A stretch of 63,262 nucleotides of DNA, filler included, from Octopus bimaculoides (GCF_001194135.2; 6 parts of 5 records of this genome joined end to end with filler, not necessarily neighbours in it); one strand, 5' to 3'. Counted from the whole stretch's first letter, positions 39,577-51,061 are shown. Made by a program: numbers and translations. Notes: generated from the sequence alone by a model not told the origin.

Positions 39577-39726
39577 CCCCTTATTACATCACCTGACGAG
39601 ATGCCTCTGCACCGAGGGATGCACCACAACTAGTGGTATAGATTCCCACCCGCGAGGGATCGATGCCGGATGTGTCGAAATGATCGTTATGAGCAATAAA
39701 GTTTCCCGTGTATTATATTTTCCGTC
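39577..39726 (+). repeat. Dispersed repeat copy 2 with hammerhead core and AATAAA (Penelope-like terminus)
   Basis: Aligns to 29168-29300; CTGACGA 39593-99, GAAA 39677-80. Confidence 0.55.
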
Positions 39727-39838
39727 TATATCATTTGTTTTATATACATATACTTACTAAAACTCACAAACGCACATACATCATCGATAATTTTTCAATA
39801 TGTCTAAGTCATATATCATCTGGATTCAAGGCTGAACA

Positions 39839-39889
39839 ACTGCTGTTCTGATGACGCCTATTAAGGCAGAAACACGTTTCCACAGTAGT
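39839..39889 (+). ncRNA. Degenerate hammerhead-like motif
   Basis: ACTGCTGT/ACAGTAGT 8-bp stem, CTGATGA, GCC/GGC stem, GAAAC ACGT; the junctions are imperfect. Confidence 0.4.
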
Positions 39890-40227
39890 CATCTTGTTTC
39901 TAGAAAAAAAAACAGACTATATTTTCTTTAAGGGCATGTTTAATTTCAGAGAATCCTTGATTCTTGGGATTATGTTCCTTCCTTGTTCGGAGTTGGTTAC
40001 AATTGCCACAAAGTGAAGAAAATTCAGTAAAACAGGAATTCAACTTGTGTAGTATCTAATACAGCTTTATCCGTTTTTGTTGTTTAAATTTGCAACACTG
40101 ACCATACTGAGTAAGTTGTTTTCTATTCTGTCTTATTTTGTTTATACATACACGCATACATGTATACATATATCCTTACATACATTACATGCATATATGC
40201 ATACACCTAAACACACAGTGTATATAT

Positions 40228-40258
<31 letters not shown>

Positions 40259-41134
40259 NNNNNNNNNNNNNNNNNNNNNNNNNNNNNNNNNNNNNNNNNN
40301 NNNNNNNNNNNNNNNNNNNNNNNNNNNNNNNNNNNNNNNNNNNNNNNNNNNNNNNNNNNNNNNNNNNNNNNNNNNNNNNNNNNNNNNNNNNNNNNNNNNN
40401 NNNNNNNNNNNNNNNNNNNNNNNNNNNNNNNNNNNNNNNNNNNNNNNNNNNNNNNNNNNNNNNNNNNNNNNNNNNNNNNNNNNNNNNNNNNNNNNNNNNN
40501 NNNNNNNNNNNNNNNNNNNNNNNNNNNNNNNNNNNNNNNNNNNNNNNNNNNNNNNNNNNNNNNNNNNNNNNNNNNNNNNNNNNNNNNNNNNNNNNNNNNN
40601 NNNNNNNNNNNNNNNNNNNNNNNNNNNNNNNNNNNNNNNNNNNNNNNNNNNNNNNNNNNNNNNNNNNNNNNNNNNNNNNNNNNNNNNNNNNNNNNNNNNN
40701 NNNNNNNNNNNNNNNNNNNNNNNNNNNNNNNNNNNNNNNNNNNNNNNNNNNNNNNNNNNNNNNNNNNNNNNNNNNNNNNNNNNNNNNNNNNNNNNNNNNN
40801 NNNNNNNNNNNNNNNNNNNNNNNNNNNNNNNNNNNNNNNNNNNNNNNNNNNNNNNNNNNNNNNNNNNNNNNNNNNNNNNNNNNNNNNNNNNNNNNNNNNN
40901 NNNNNNNNNNNNNNNNNNNNNNNNNNNNNNNNNNNNNNNNNNNNNNNNNNNNNNNNNNNNNNNNNNNNNNNNNNNNNNNNNNNNNNNNNNNNNNNNNNNN
41001 NNNNNNNNNNNNNNNNNNNNNNNNNNNNNNNNNNNNNNNNNNNNNNNNNNNNNNNNNNNNNNNNNNNNNNNNNNNNNNNNNNNNNNNNNNNNNNNNNNNN
41101 NNNNNNNNNNNNNNNNNNNNNNNNNNNNNNNNNN

Positions 41135-41385
41135 GCGAACCCTGCTGTACTCTTTCACCACAACTTTCTCTCACTCTTACTTCCTGTTTCTGTTGTGCCT
41201 GTAATTCAAAGGGTCAGCCTTGTCACACTGTGTCACGCTGAATATCCCCGAGAACTACGTTAAGGGTACACGTGTCTGTGGAGTGCTCAGCCACTTGCAC
41301 GTTAATTTCACGAGCAGGCTGTTCCATTGATCGGATCAACTGGAACCCTCGACGTCGTAAGCGACGGAGTGCCAACAACAACAAC
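41135..41385 (+). mobile_element. SINE family B 3' part (5' end in gap)
   Basis: Near-identical to the other B copies; (AAC)n tail. Confidence 0.88.
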
Positions 41386-41695
41386 ATATTTTCTCCACCA
41401 TGTTGGCTTTTAAAAGTTAGTTATGTTAACGTCATCTAAAGGTCTCAATCTTTCGTACAATACAGTGTTGTATACAAAACTTTTTTTCTCTTATCAAATA
41501 TGGGCCTGGGTATGGCCTGGATGGTGGGGAGTAGGGAGACTGGGATGATAAAAGTGTTTGTGTGTGTGTGTGTGTGTGGTGGGGTGGAATACAGAAAAAC
41601 AAGATTAAGAAACATTAGTAGAACATTTACTGACAAGAACATTTTGATTCTACGATACTTTTGCAGGAATATCAAGAGTAGTAGTCATATATAGC

Positions 41696-41726
<31 letters not shown>

Positions 41727-41845
41727 GTATGTAAGTGTGTCTATGTGTGCGACATGTATATATGCATATAGATATATACACACACGTACACACACACATA
41801 CATACATACATATATATATATATAAATATACATACACAGACACAC

Positions 41846-41883
<38 letters not shown>

Positions 41884-41911
41884 TCTCTCCCTCCCTCTCT
41901 CTCATACGCAG

Positions 41912-41924
<13 letters not shown>

Positions 41925-42005
<81 letters not shown>
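41925..42005. repeat. (CA)n microsatellite
   Basis: Pure run; comparable (TG)n/(CA)n runs at about 28185-28245 and 58317-58377. Confidence 0.95.
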
Positions 42006-42008
<3 letters not shown>

Positions 42009-42091
42009 GTGGCTATTGGAATTCAATAGTTATCTGGCGATTTCAGTTTCACACCCCTGGGACCACCAGGTTATGTATGTGAGTGCGTGCG

Positions 42092-42125
<34 letters not shown>

Positions 42126-42346
42126 TGTGGGTAAGAAGTAGAGAGAGAACATAAAGTGAGGTAGAAAGAAATAAGAAATAAAAGAAAGGAGCCAAATAAG
42201 AGCGTGAGAGAGCAATGGAGATAAAAATATGAAATATATACACGCTTATCTGTACATCTAACGGACATAAATTTGCACTCACACTCACGTACACACACAT
42301 AACACACGCCCACAACAGACAGACAGAAAGACAGACGGACAGACAC

Positions 42347-42403
<57 letters not shown>

Positions 42404-42462
42404 AACACATACACACACACACACGCAAATAAAGATGATTGCATGTATATATAACGTACATA

Positions 42463-43300
42463 CAGGGTGCGTAAGATATTTGAGGACAGATTTATGTTTG
42501 TAAACAAAAAAAAAAAAAACCCAGATATATAAAAACAGATAATAACTTTATTTGTCAAAAAATGCTACGAGGATAAAACGAAACCTTCTTTCCTATAATG
42601 TTATTCAATAAAGTCACCTTCAGCTTCAACAACTGCTTCTATATGAAATCTAAATCATCTACTCATCGAATCAAGTGGTCCTGGTTCGTTTTAGCCATTA
42701 CTCTGACTATGGCAACTTTCAAAGAATATTTGGTGTTATGCACATGTTTATTGACCTCTCTCTCAACAATGCTCCACATGCAATAGTCCAATAGATTAAG
42801 ATCTGGGGAATTAAGAGGCCAAATGTTAAGGTTTATGTGATCATGAAAATTTTCAGCCATCCATTTCTGTGTTACTAGAGCCATGTATAATAGTTCAGAA
42901 ATGGCTTTCCATTGCATACATTATCTATCCAGGGCTTAACAAAAATTTCCAGGACCTCAATGTAGGCAGCAGAGTTAACTCTAAGGCCTTGTGGAAAGAA
43001 GTAAGGAGGCATCACATGTCCTTCATTGCTGGCAACCTCTAAAGCCATGACAGTTGCAGGAAATTTTGCATGCATAACACTTGGAACTTCAGTGGGGTCT
43101 GCACATAACCATCTATCATTTCTTCTGTTAACTTTTTGATCTTGGTTGAAGCTTTTCTCGTTTGAGAAAAACCAAATCAGATCTTCTTCTGTTGAAATTT
43201 TCAGTTTGTTTAAGAGCCTTCTAGATCTGATGTAATGATTTTCTTTTGTTTTTTCTAACAAACTGACTTTTCCTCATCATGTAAGATCTATATTTGATGG
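42463..43300 (-). mobile_element. Tc1/mariner (maT/DD37D-like) transposase relic with one TIR
   Basis: WFFSNEKSF, KFPATVM, IWPLNSPDLNLLDYCMW; TA-CAGGGTG end at 42461. Confidence 0.82.
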
Positions 43301-43524
43301 CTTCGTGTGTGTGTGTGTGTGTGTGCGTGTGTGTGTGTGTGTGTGTGTATGTGTGTGTGTGTGTGTGTGTGTTTCTATTTCAACTTCAGTGTAAATTGTG
43401 AAACCGGTAAAATCTTCAAATTTATTATCAAAAAATATTTAAACTATTCTCAGGGCATTTTGAACTTCTATTTTTCTTAAATTTCTACCCGTGTGGAATA
43501 AAATAACTTTGCTTTCTATAAATA

Positions 43525-43624
43525 NNNNNNNNNNNNNNNNNNNNNNNNNNNNNNNNNNNNNNNNNNNNTTAATTAATTAANNNNNNNNNNNNNNNNNNNN
43601 NNNNNNNNNNNNNNNNNNNNNNNN
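43525..43624. other. Artificial scaffold spacer
   Basis: 44N + TTAATTAATTAA (43569-80) + 44N. Confidence 0.95.
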
Positions 43625-43659
43625 TATATATACATAATATATATATGTACATAATATAT

Positions 43660-44204
43660 GCGTGGCCCCTTGGGCTTGGGTCTTCTACTACAACCCACAC
43701 GGCCTCACACTCAACATGGCGGCCTGGAAGAAGTAGTGCTGCTCTGGATCAAGTGGGTGGCTGCTGAAAGACCCTATGTCTGACAACAGAAGCAGGAGAA
43801 CTCTGTAAGGATTGTCAGACAACGTCTGCGACCACATTAATCCTAATATCTGGCCACCTAACTCCACTGACTGCAACCCCCTTGATTATTATGTGTGGGG
43901 CGCAGTTTAGCGAGAGACCAACAAAACTCCTTGTAACACCAAAGATCATCTGATTGTGAAAGATTACAAGAATTATGGCATCATTCACCAACTAAAACAA
44001 ATAGACCGTCTAGGATAGTTGCAGGAGGTTCCGAAGTCGTCTGGAGGCCGTGGTTGAAGCCAATGACGATTTTATTGAATAAATTTACTCTTCAGTATTT
44101 CATGATATTTTTATGTAAGTTTGGTAAATATATCTGTTAAAATACGATGTCAGTGTTATTTTCATTTTTGCGTAATTTAGACGACTATATATTCACCGCA
44201 CCTT
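43660..44204 (+). mobile_element. Tc1/mariner (maT-like) transposase 3' relic
   Basis: DHINPNIWPPNSTDCNPLDYYVWGAV*RETNKTPCNTK; terminus just upstream of the exon at 44236. Confidence 0.78.
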
Positions 44205-44235
44205 ATATATATATATACGTATATATGCTTTACAG

Positions 44236-44338
44236 GATGATTTGGAACCAGATAATACTTTGAAAACATACGCAGATGACACTGAGTGGATGGATGCATT
44301 TGAACTATATGAGTTTATCAAACCACTCTGGACAGAAA
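44236..44338 (+). CDS. Calpain-type penta-EF-hand exon, linker + EF1 (DDLEPDNTLKTYADDTEWMDAFELYEFIKPLWTE; 103 nt, phase 0/1)
   Basis: Acceptor gctttacag, donor A|GTAAGA; MDAFELYEFI resembles calpain EF1 (ISAFELQTIL); frame joins the next exon. Confidence 0.8.
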
Positions 44339-44485
44339 GTAAGAGATTGTTTTCATAATAAAAAAAGAACAACACGCACACACACACACACAAGCATAAT
44401 AGTATAGGGAGACGCTATGCCACTTAAATTCATACATCTTATTACTATTGTAATGAGGTCAATACTGCAAGGTTATAGATACATA

Positions 44486-44820
44486 TCTAGCACTCAGGGA
44501 GGACTTCAAAACTGGCAGTCCGTCGGTTACGACAACGAGGGTTCCAGTTGATCCGATCAACAGAGCAGTTTGTTCGGGAAATTAACGTGCTGAACACCTC
44601 AAAGACTCGCGTACCCTTAACGTAGTTTTCAGGGAGTTTCAGAGTGACACAAAATGTGACAAGGCTGGACCTTTGAAATACAGGGACCACTCATTTTTGC
44701 CAGCTGTGTGAACTGGAGCAATGTGAAATAAATTTTTTGCTCAAGACCACAACGGGCCACTGGGAATCGAACTAACGATTACACGATCGTGAGCCAACAC
44801 CCCAGCCACTAAACTACACG
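44486..44820 (-). mobile_element. Older SINE with a family C head and a family B tail
   Basis: Minus strand has a C-like tRNA head followed by the B-type TTAAGGGTAC...GATCGGATCAACTGGAACCCTCG tail. Confidence 0.7.
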
Positions 44821-44999
44821 CTTTTATGGGAAGAATTTATAGCATCTGTTTAAACTATATCCGTTTCGAATGCGGACATTTGATCCGACGATGGCTTTGT
44901 TGGCCCAAACCTCGAATATTTTTTGTTTAAGGACAATAAAAGTACAGAGAAACCCATCAGATAAATGTAAAACTGTTTTTATCATAACTCAACATAAGA

Positions 45000-45210
45000 T
45001 GGCGAGCTGGCAGAATCATTAGCACGCCGGGAAAAATGCTTAGCAGCATTTCGCTAGTACTTACGTTCTGAGTTCAAATTCCGCCGAGGTCGACTTTGCC
45101 TTTATCCTTTCGATGTCGGTATGATAAAAACCAGTTGGACACTGGGGTCGATGTAATCGATTGCTCCCCTTCCCCCAAATTCCCGGCCTTGTGCCTATAG
45201 TAGAAAGGAT
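45000..45210 (+). mobile_element. SINE family A, near full length
   Basis: GGCGAGCTGGCAGAATCATTAGC head through GTAGAAAGGATTA tail. Confidence 0.85.
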
Positions 45211-45265
45211 TATAACTGATTATATCTGAATATAATGACAACCATTAGCACTCACACATGTATAT

Positions 45266-45316
<51 letters not shown>

Positions 45317-45391
45317 CTCTCTCTCTCTCTCTGAAATATTTTACATGTTTGACACTAACCTCCGTTTTTCTGCTCTATTTTGTTTCTATAG

Positions 45392-45450
45392 ATGAGAATT
45401 TCCCTCCTCTGACACTGGAAACAGCACGCTGTTTTTTGAACTTTATCGAT
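45392..45450 (+). CDS. Calpain-type PEF exon ((N)ENFPPLTLETARCFLNFID; 59 nt, phase 1/0)
   Basis: Acceptor tttgtttctatag; LETARCFLNFID resembles calpain IETCRSMVAVMD; followed by U12 donor GTATCCTTT. Confidence 0.85.
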
Positions 45451-46042
45451 GTATCCTTTATTTTATCAGCGCAGAAAATAACGTCTTTTGTTTGGTCCAG
45501 AAGCTTTTTTTTTTTTTTTCATATGAGTGATGCAGTCTATTGGATAAAGCATAATATTTTATCAACATAGAAGCAATGAAAGGCAAAATCAATTCCTGTG
45601 GGATTTCAATGAAGAATGCAGAAAGGACGATACTAAGTGATTTAATGACTTTAATCTGATGCTGTGCAAATTCTACCTATTAACGTCTCTGATGTAATAT
45701 TTTCGATTTGCTTATTACACAGTGTGTTGTGAAAAGTGACACCGGTATCACATCTTCAGAAGAGAATATCATATTATATCATATCATATCATATCATATC
45801 ATATCATACTCTCTCTTTTACCCTCTTTTACTTGTTTCAGTCATTTGACTGCGACCATGCTGGAGCACCGCCTTTAGTTGAGCAAATCGACCCCAGGACT
45901 TATTCTTTGTAAGCCTAGTACTTATTCTATCGGTCTCTTAAGCCGAACCGCTAAGTTACGGGGACGTAAACACACCGGCATCGGTGGTCAAGCGATGTTG
46001 GGGGGATAAACACAGACACACAAACACACATATATATACATA

Positions 46043-46330
46043 CTAGCAGAGGCACCCGGCGTTGCTCGGGAATGAAGTTGTTGCTTATATACTTGAAGAA
46101 AAAAAGGCAAAATATGCTGTATAGAAATTTGAGGACATTCTGTAGATAGACTCTCAGATGAATGATGGCTGGGCGCCTCTCATGAATGGGGAAAATTGAA
46201 GATGTGCCAAAAAGCCTCATTGGTACTTGGAAACTTTTACGAAAATTAAAATGGGGATTAAATGAAAGAAATGATTTACGTGAATATTCTCACAAGAGTA
46301 ATTGAAATAAATGGCGATTGTGCAACCCCC
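46043..46330 (-). mobile_element. Helitron 3' end of another subfamily, abutting a SINE
   Basis: Minus strand CCCGAGCAACGCCGGGTGCCTCTGCTAG^T; the 5' limit is uncertain. Confidence 0.55.
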
Positions 46331-46332
46331 CA

Positions 46333-46602
46333 CACACGCACGCGCGCGTGCATACACACGTGTGTCTTTGTAAATATGTTTGTATACATTTATGTATGTG
46401 TGTGTTTGTAAGAGACAGAGTGTGAGTGAGAGAGAGAGGTTTGTTGTCATGTATACGTACATGCATAAATATACATACATCTTTGGATGTATGCATATGA
46501 CAACACAGCCCTTGACTCACTCACACTCTGTCTCTTACAAACACGCACGCGCGCGCATACACACGTGTGTCTTTGTAAATATGTTTGTATACATTTATGT
46601 AT
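46333..46602. repeat. Direct repeats enclosing an inverted repeat (A-B-C-B'-A)
   Basis: A: 46333-46397 and 46541-46602; B: 46404-46430 pairs perfectly with 46516-46542. Confidence 0.85.
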
Positions 46603-46939
46603 ATGCGATTACAAGCGCCCGACTGAATATGCCACCAGTCTAAAGGCTATAACGAGGAACTCACACTGCGCCTATTGTACTGCACTTAATAGACTCCAGA
46701 TCCACGCTAATTGCAGGTTCTAAGTAGGGTAATAATAAACAAATAACAATAGATGGATATTGGTTAATTCACTACAGCTATTTCAAACAAGTTTTTTTAT
46801 TGATGAGTAGAGTTATAACATCATGCGGGAAAAAAGCATTGCACCAGGTGAAGCTAGTAAAGGAATCATGAAGTGTTACATAATGTTGATTTTTGGAATG
46901 ATTTTTTTAAAGGTTTAATATGTGTATATTCACATAATG

Positions 46940-47523
46940 AAAACGGTTATTTCGCATGATGAAATAACTCGATTCATCAATAAAAACATTCGTTTGTAAC
47001 AGTTCTATTGAATGAACCAATATCCATCTGTTGTTTGGGTTTAAAAGTTCAAAGTGGATTAAACCTTTCATATCAACAGTTACGATGGGATCTTGTTCCA
47101 TCAGGGTTTGCAGGACGTCCTCGTCGAGTCCTACATATCTTCCAGATCGATGCTCGTCTTCTAGGCTGTATTTTCCGGATCGGAAGTTTTGGAACCACCA
47201 TTGACACTGGCTTACACTTATTGTCCGATCCCCACATACTGCATTAACATTCCTCGCACTTTCCGTTGCGTTGTTGCCTTTATTGAACTCACGAAGCGAA
47301 ATATGCCGAATATGCTCCTTTGTCACTTCCATTTCAGCTTTGAAAAAATAACTGTTAAAATCGAACTGCACTCTTCAAATCTTGCACTAAGAATAGGAAT
47401 AAAGTGAAATTATTCCTGCTTTTATAGCAAGTTGATGCAGGTAGTTTACCCCGCCCCCCTCTGACTTTTAGTTCATGCAATTGAAAAAAACTGCATTATT
47501 TATGGGATAATGGGATAACCCAA
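46940..47523 (-). mobile_element. Internally deleted mariner element inside the U12 intron
   Basis: KEHIRH..L.EF.KG.NA.E.AR..NAV.G...WF..FRSG..SLED..RSGR, fused to DMKGLIHFELL; TIR-like TTGGGTTATCCCA next to TA. Confidence 0.82.
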
Positions 47524-47899
47524 TATATATATAAACATATATATATATAAACATATATATATATATATAAACATATATATATATATATATATAAACATAT
47601 ATATATATNNNNNNNNNNTATATAAACATATATATATATATATATATAAACATATATATATATATATATACATACACACACATACACATTTATATATACA
47701 TATATATACACACACATATATAAGCTTGTAAGTATGTATGTATATGTGTATATATATATATTCATATAAGTATGTATGCATATGTGTATATATATATGCA
47801 TGTAAATATGTATGTATATATGGGTATAAGTATGTATATATATATAAATATATATATATATTTACGTATATATATCTGTATATATATGTATATATATAT

Positions 47900-47991
<92 letters not shown>
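47524..47991. repeat. (TA)n/TAAACA minisatellite followed by (GA)n inside the U12 intron
   Basis: Visible runs; pure (GA)n at about 47902-47991. Confidence 0.95.
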
Positions 47992-47995
<4 letters not shown>

Positions 47996-48167
47996 CAGGA
48001 GCATATATCTTAAGTTTTATTTTAAAAAATCGTTTACAGAAAAACGTTAAATACCTCAATGATTTGTAAACGTTTTCGAAAAATCTTTTCTACGTTTTTG
48101 TATTTCTATTTTCAACCTCTTTATACTTTGATCATGTGGAATCATATTAACTTTAACTTGAACCCAG

Positions 48168-48236
48168 GAAGATCGACTGGGAGTCATCGGAACAGAAGAA
48201 GCTGAAAAGATCAAACAACTTTTGAGCAGATGGCAT
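48168..48236 (+). CDS. Calpain-type PEF exon, EF2 (EDRLGVIGTEEAEKIKQLLSRWH; 69 nt, phase 0/0)
   Basis: 69-nt size and sequence match the recalled calpain exon SDTTGKLGFEEFKYLWNNIKRWQ; donor |GTAAGA. Confidence 0.87.
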
Positions 48237-49135
48237 GTAAGAAGGGTTTTTTTTATCTTAATTTTTTTTTTATAATTTGCAGCTTGGTTTCAGAAAGAAA
48301 TCATCGTATTGCAGAAGTTTTGAGACTAGTAGAATAAAGCAGGAAACAAAGAACTATTGGATTATCTTTAATATGGCGATTTGGTTTGAATGCTTGTAAC
48401 ATTGTGTATTCTTCTTGAGGCACGCATGTTGTTAGGTGACGGGATTAAACCGAATGACGAATTAAGTCTGACGCTTTTCTATAGAAGTAAAAACAATAAA
48501 ATTAAAAATTAAATAGAGCAAAACGAAAAACAAACAGTTTGAAGAATCTGTTTGTAGTATGTATCGGCAAAAATTATTTAGTGGCGCAAAATTGTTATGT
48601 GATGGGGAGACGAAATATCACAATTTCAGAGCTGATCTTATCTGAGATAGAGAGATAGACAGGTAGATAGACAAATAGATAGATAGATAGATAAAAGAAG
48701 GTGAGAGAAGAAGAAATCATAGAAGAGCCGTTGAGAGGCGAGACACTAACGTATCGGTCAACCCACCGAAAGTTGGGCAGCTCATATCGTTTGTCCATTT
48801 TCAAAGACAAAGTCTCAAATAACCGAGTTCTGTCCCCTGGATATCGCAGGTATGTATGGTTCACTTTTTTGAGGAAGACGGAGTAGCTTGTATTATCTCG
48901 GTTTAAGAACCATTGTCTTCTGAGTCATTAATCTGAACTCTACTGAACTCACAAATATTCAGGGTTCATCACTACGTTGTTGTATTTTTGCCCGAGATCA
49001 ATTTTGATTGAGCGTATCCTTAATTATAAGCATTTCAACCATGACGAACCCATGTCTTTTTTCGGGTTCGTGGTTATTTATCTGGAGCTGCATCATATAA
49101 TATACGACCTGTCTTCTTTAATTAAGACAAAGTTT

Positions 49136-49521
49136 TTTGTTGGCACTCCGTCGCTTACGACGTCGAGGGTCCCAGTTGATCCGATCAACGGAACAGCCTG
49201 CTCATGAAATTAACGTGCAAGTGGCTGAGCACTCCACAGACACGTGTACCCTTAACGTAGTTCTCGGGGATAGTCAGCGTGACACAGTGTGACAAGGCTG
49301 ACCCTTTGAATTACAGGCACAACACAAACAGGAAGTAAGAGTGAGAGAAAGTTGTGGTGGAAGAGTACAGCAGGGTTCGCCACCATCCCCTGCCGGAGCC
49401 TCGTGGAGCTTTAGGTGTTTTCGCTCAATAAACACTCACAACGCCCGGTCTGGGAATCGAAACCGCGATCCTATGACCGCGAGTCCGCTGCCCTAACCGC
49501 TGGGCCATTGCGCCTCCATTC
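49136..49521 (-). mobile_element. SINE family B, full length, antisense in a calpain-like intron
   Basis: TSD GACAAAGTTT at 49126-35 and 49522-31. Confidence 0.92.
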
Positions 49522-49967
49522 GACAAAGTTTGATATAAGAGAGATTGGACTGTTATTTCTAGATCAAGTGATCGTATTGTTACTTCAACGTAAGTCCGTC
49601 ATTACATAATATAGTTTTTCAGTAAAGATATATATGTATATATTGTTTCATAGGTTTTTTTGTCTTTTCCAAGTCATTTCGCATGCTTTTAACGAATGTG
49701 ACATCGAAATCACGCGTAAACGGTTTCTTTCCCCGGAAAAGGAAAGATTTGGCTGCTTTCTCTTGCACGCCCTGCTACAACGTAACAGGTATTTCGGGTC
49801 CTTTATCGCAAATAGCTAGAAATAGCAGCCAAATCTTTGGAGCTGAGATACGTTGAATGCACTCAAAAAATTTTTTGTAATGGCATTCCTCTGGGGCGAT
49901 CTTTCGCTTTGACTCTCAGAACAGTCGCTTGACTCTCAGAACTGTCATCCAGATCAGCTGGTTTTGT

Positions 49968-50064
49968 TCGTTATTTTCCGCAATTTTTTTATTTATTTAT
50001 TTACTTTTGTTTTAAATTGAAAGAGAGGAGAAAGTGAAGGATGTATGAACGTGTATATGAAATG

Positions 50065-50098
<34 letters not shown>

Positions 50099-50105
50099 TG
50101 TGTGG

Positions 50106-50192
<87 letters not shown>

Positions 50193-50597
50193 CCGCTTAC
50201 ACATACAAGAGAACACACACGTTCACTCACTCACTCACTCACTCTCTCTTTGTGTCTCTTTCACACACACACATACGCATACACATGCACATGTACATAC
50301 AAAAACATGTACGCATATGTATTGTTGTATATACGTATACGTGACAACACACCCTTCAATCACTCTCTTTCTCTTTTTCTCTTCTATCTCTCTTTTTCTA
50401 TTCTCTCTCTCTTTCTATCTTCTCTTTCTCTTTTTCTCTTCTCTCTCTTTCTTCTCCCTCTCTCGTTCACACATACACGGCCATTTCATATACATGTACA
50501 TGCATCTTTCACTTACTCTTCTTCTCTTTCACTTACTCTTCTCTTTCACTTTAAAGCAAAAGTAAATAAATAAAAAAATTTTTACGGAAATTAACGA
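49968..50597. mobile_element. MITE/foldback-like element with about 120-bp imperfect TIRs around a microsatellite core
   Basis: TCGTTATTTTCCG...TTTACTTTTGTTTTAAATTGAAAGAG...CGTGTATATGAAATGGACGTG mirrored at about 50470-50597. Confidence 0.65.
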
Positions 50598-51061
50598 CTT
50601 GAAAATAGTTAAAAAAACATTAAAATATTGTCTGTTTAAAGAAAACTAAAATATAAATACTTACTGTACAAACAGCTTACATTTTTGAAATCACATTCAG
50701 TTAAAAATATTTCTAAATGATTAAAATATTGTGTATGTCAAAAAGTTGACATTTTTTGTCTTAGAGAGCGCGAAAGCTATGTGTGTGTATATGTCACAGA
50801 TAGCGGACTTGTGTTTGTGTGATTGACACTCTATGATATTCATTATATGTATGTATATTCTGTATGTCTGTATGTGTGTTGACGTCACGAGTCAATAAAT
50901 AGAGGTTTAAATGTCACAAAAATTTGTACTGCACTGCCGAAGGTAGGTATGAAAATAAATATACAAGAAAAAATAAGATGAAATATACTATTTCTGAAAT
51001 ATACTATTTCTGCACAAACATCCCTAGAATTTTAGTATTATTAAGATATGAAGATTTTCAT

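Larger units (their letters stand above)
45451..48167 (+). other. U12-type (minor spliceosome) GT-AG intron of the calpain-like gene, 2717 nt
   Basis: 5' site GTATCCTTTA; branch-like CTTTAAC at 48151-48157, about 10 nt before the AG; no polypyrimidine tract. Confidence 0.85.

Noticed and set aside
40077-41241. Long ORF-track entries spanning N runs or (TA)/(CA)/(GA) repeats (also 5252-6104, 30008-30874, 32462-32994, 52146-53221 and many [16 protein letters not shown] ORFs)
   Set aside because: Artefacts of gaps and microsatellites; no coding signal.
21900-44235. Shared bidirectional promoter between KLHDC8 (-) and the calpain-like gene (+)
   Set aside because: Neither TSS was located and three artificial joins lie between the genes.
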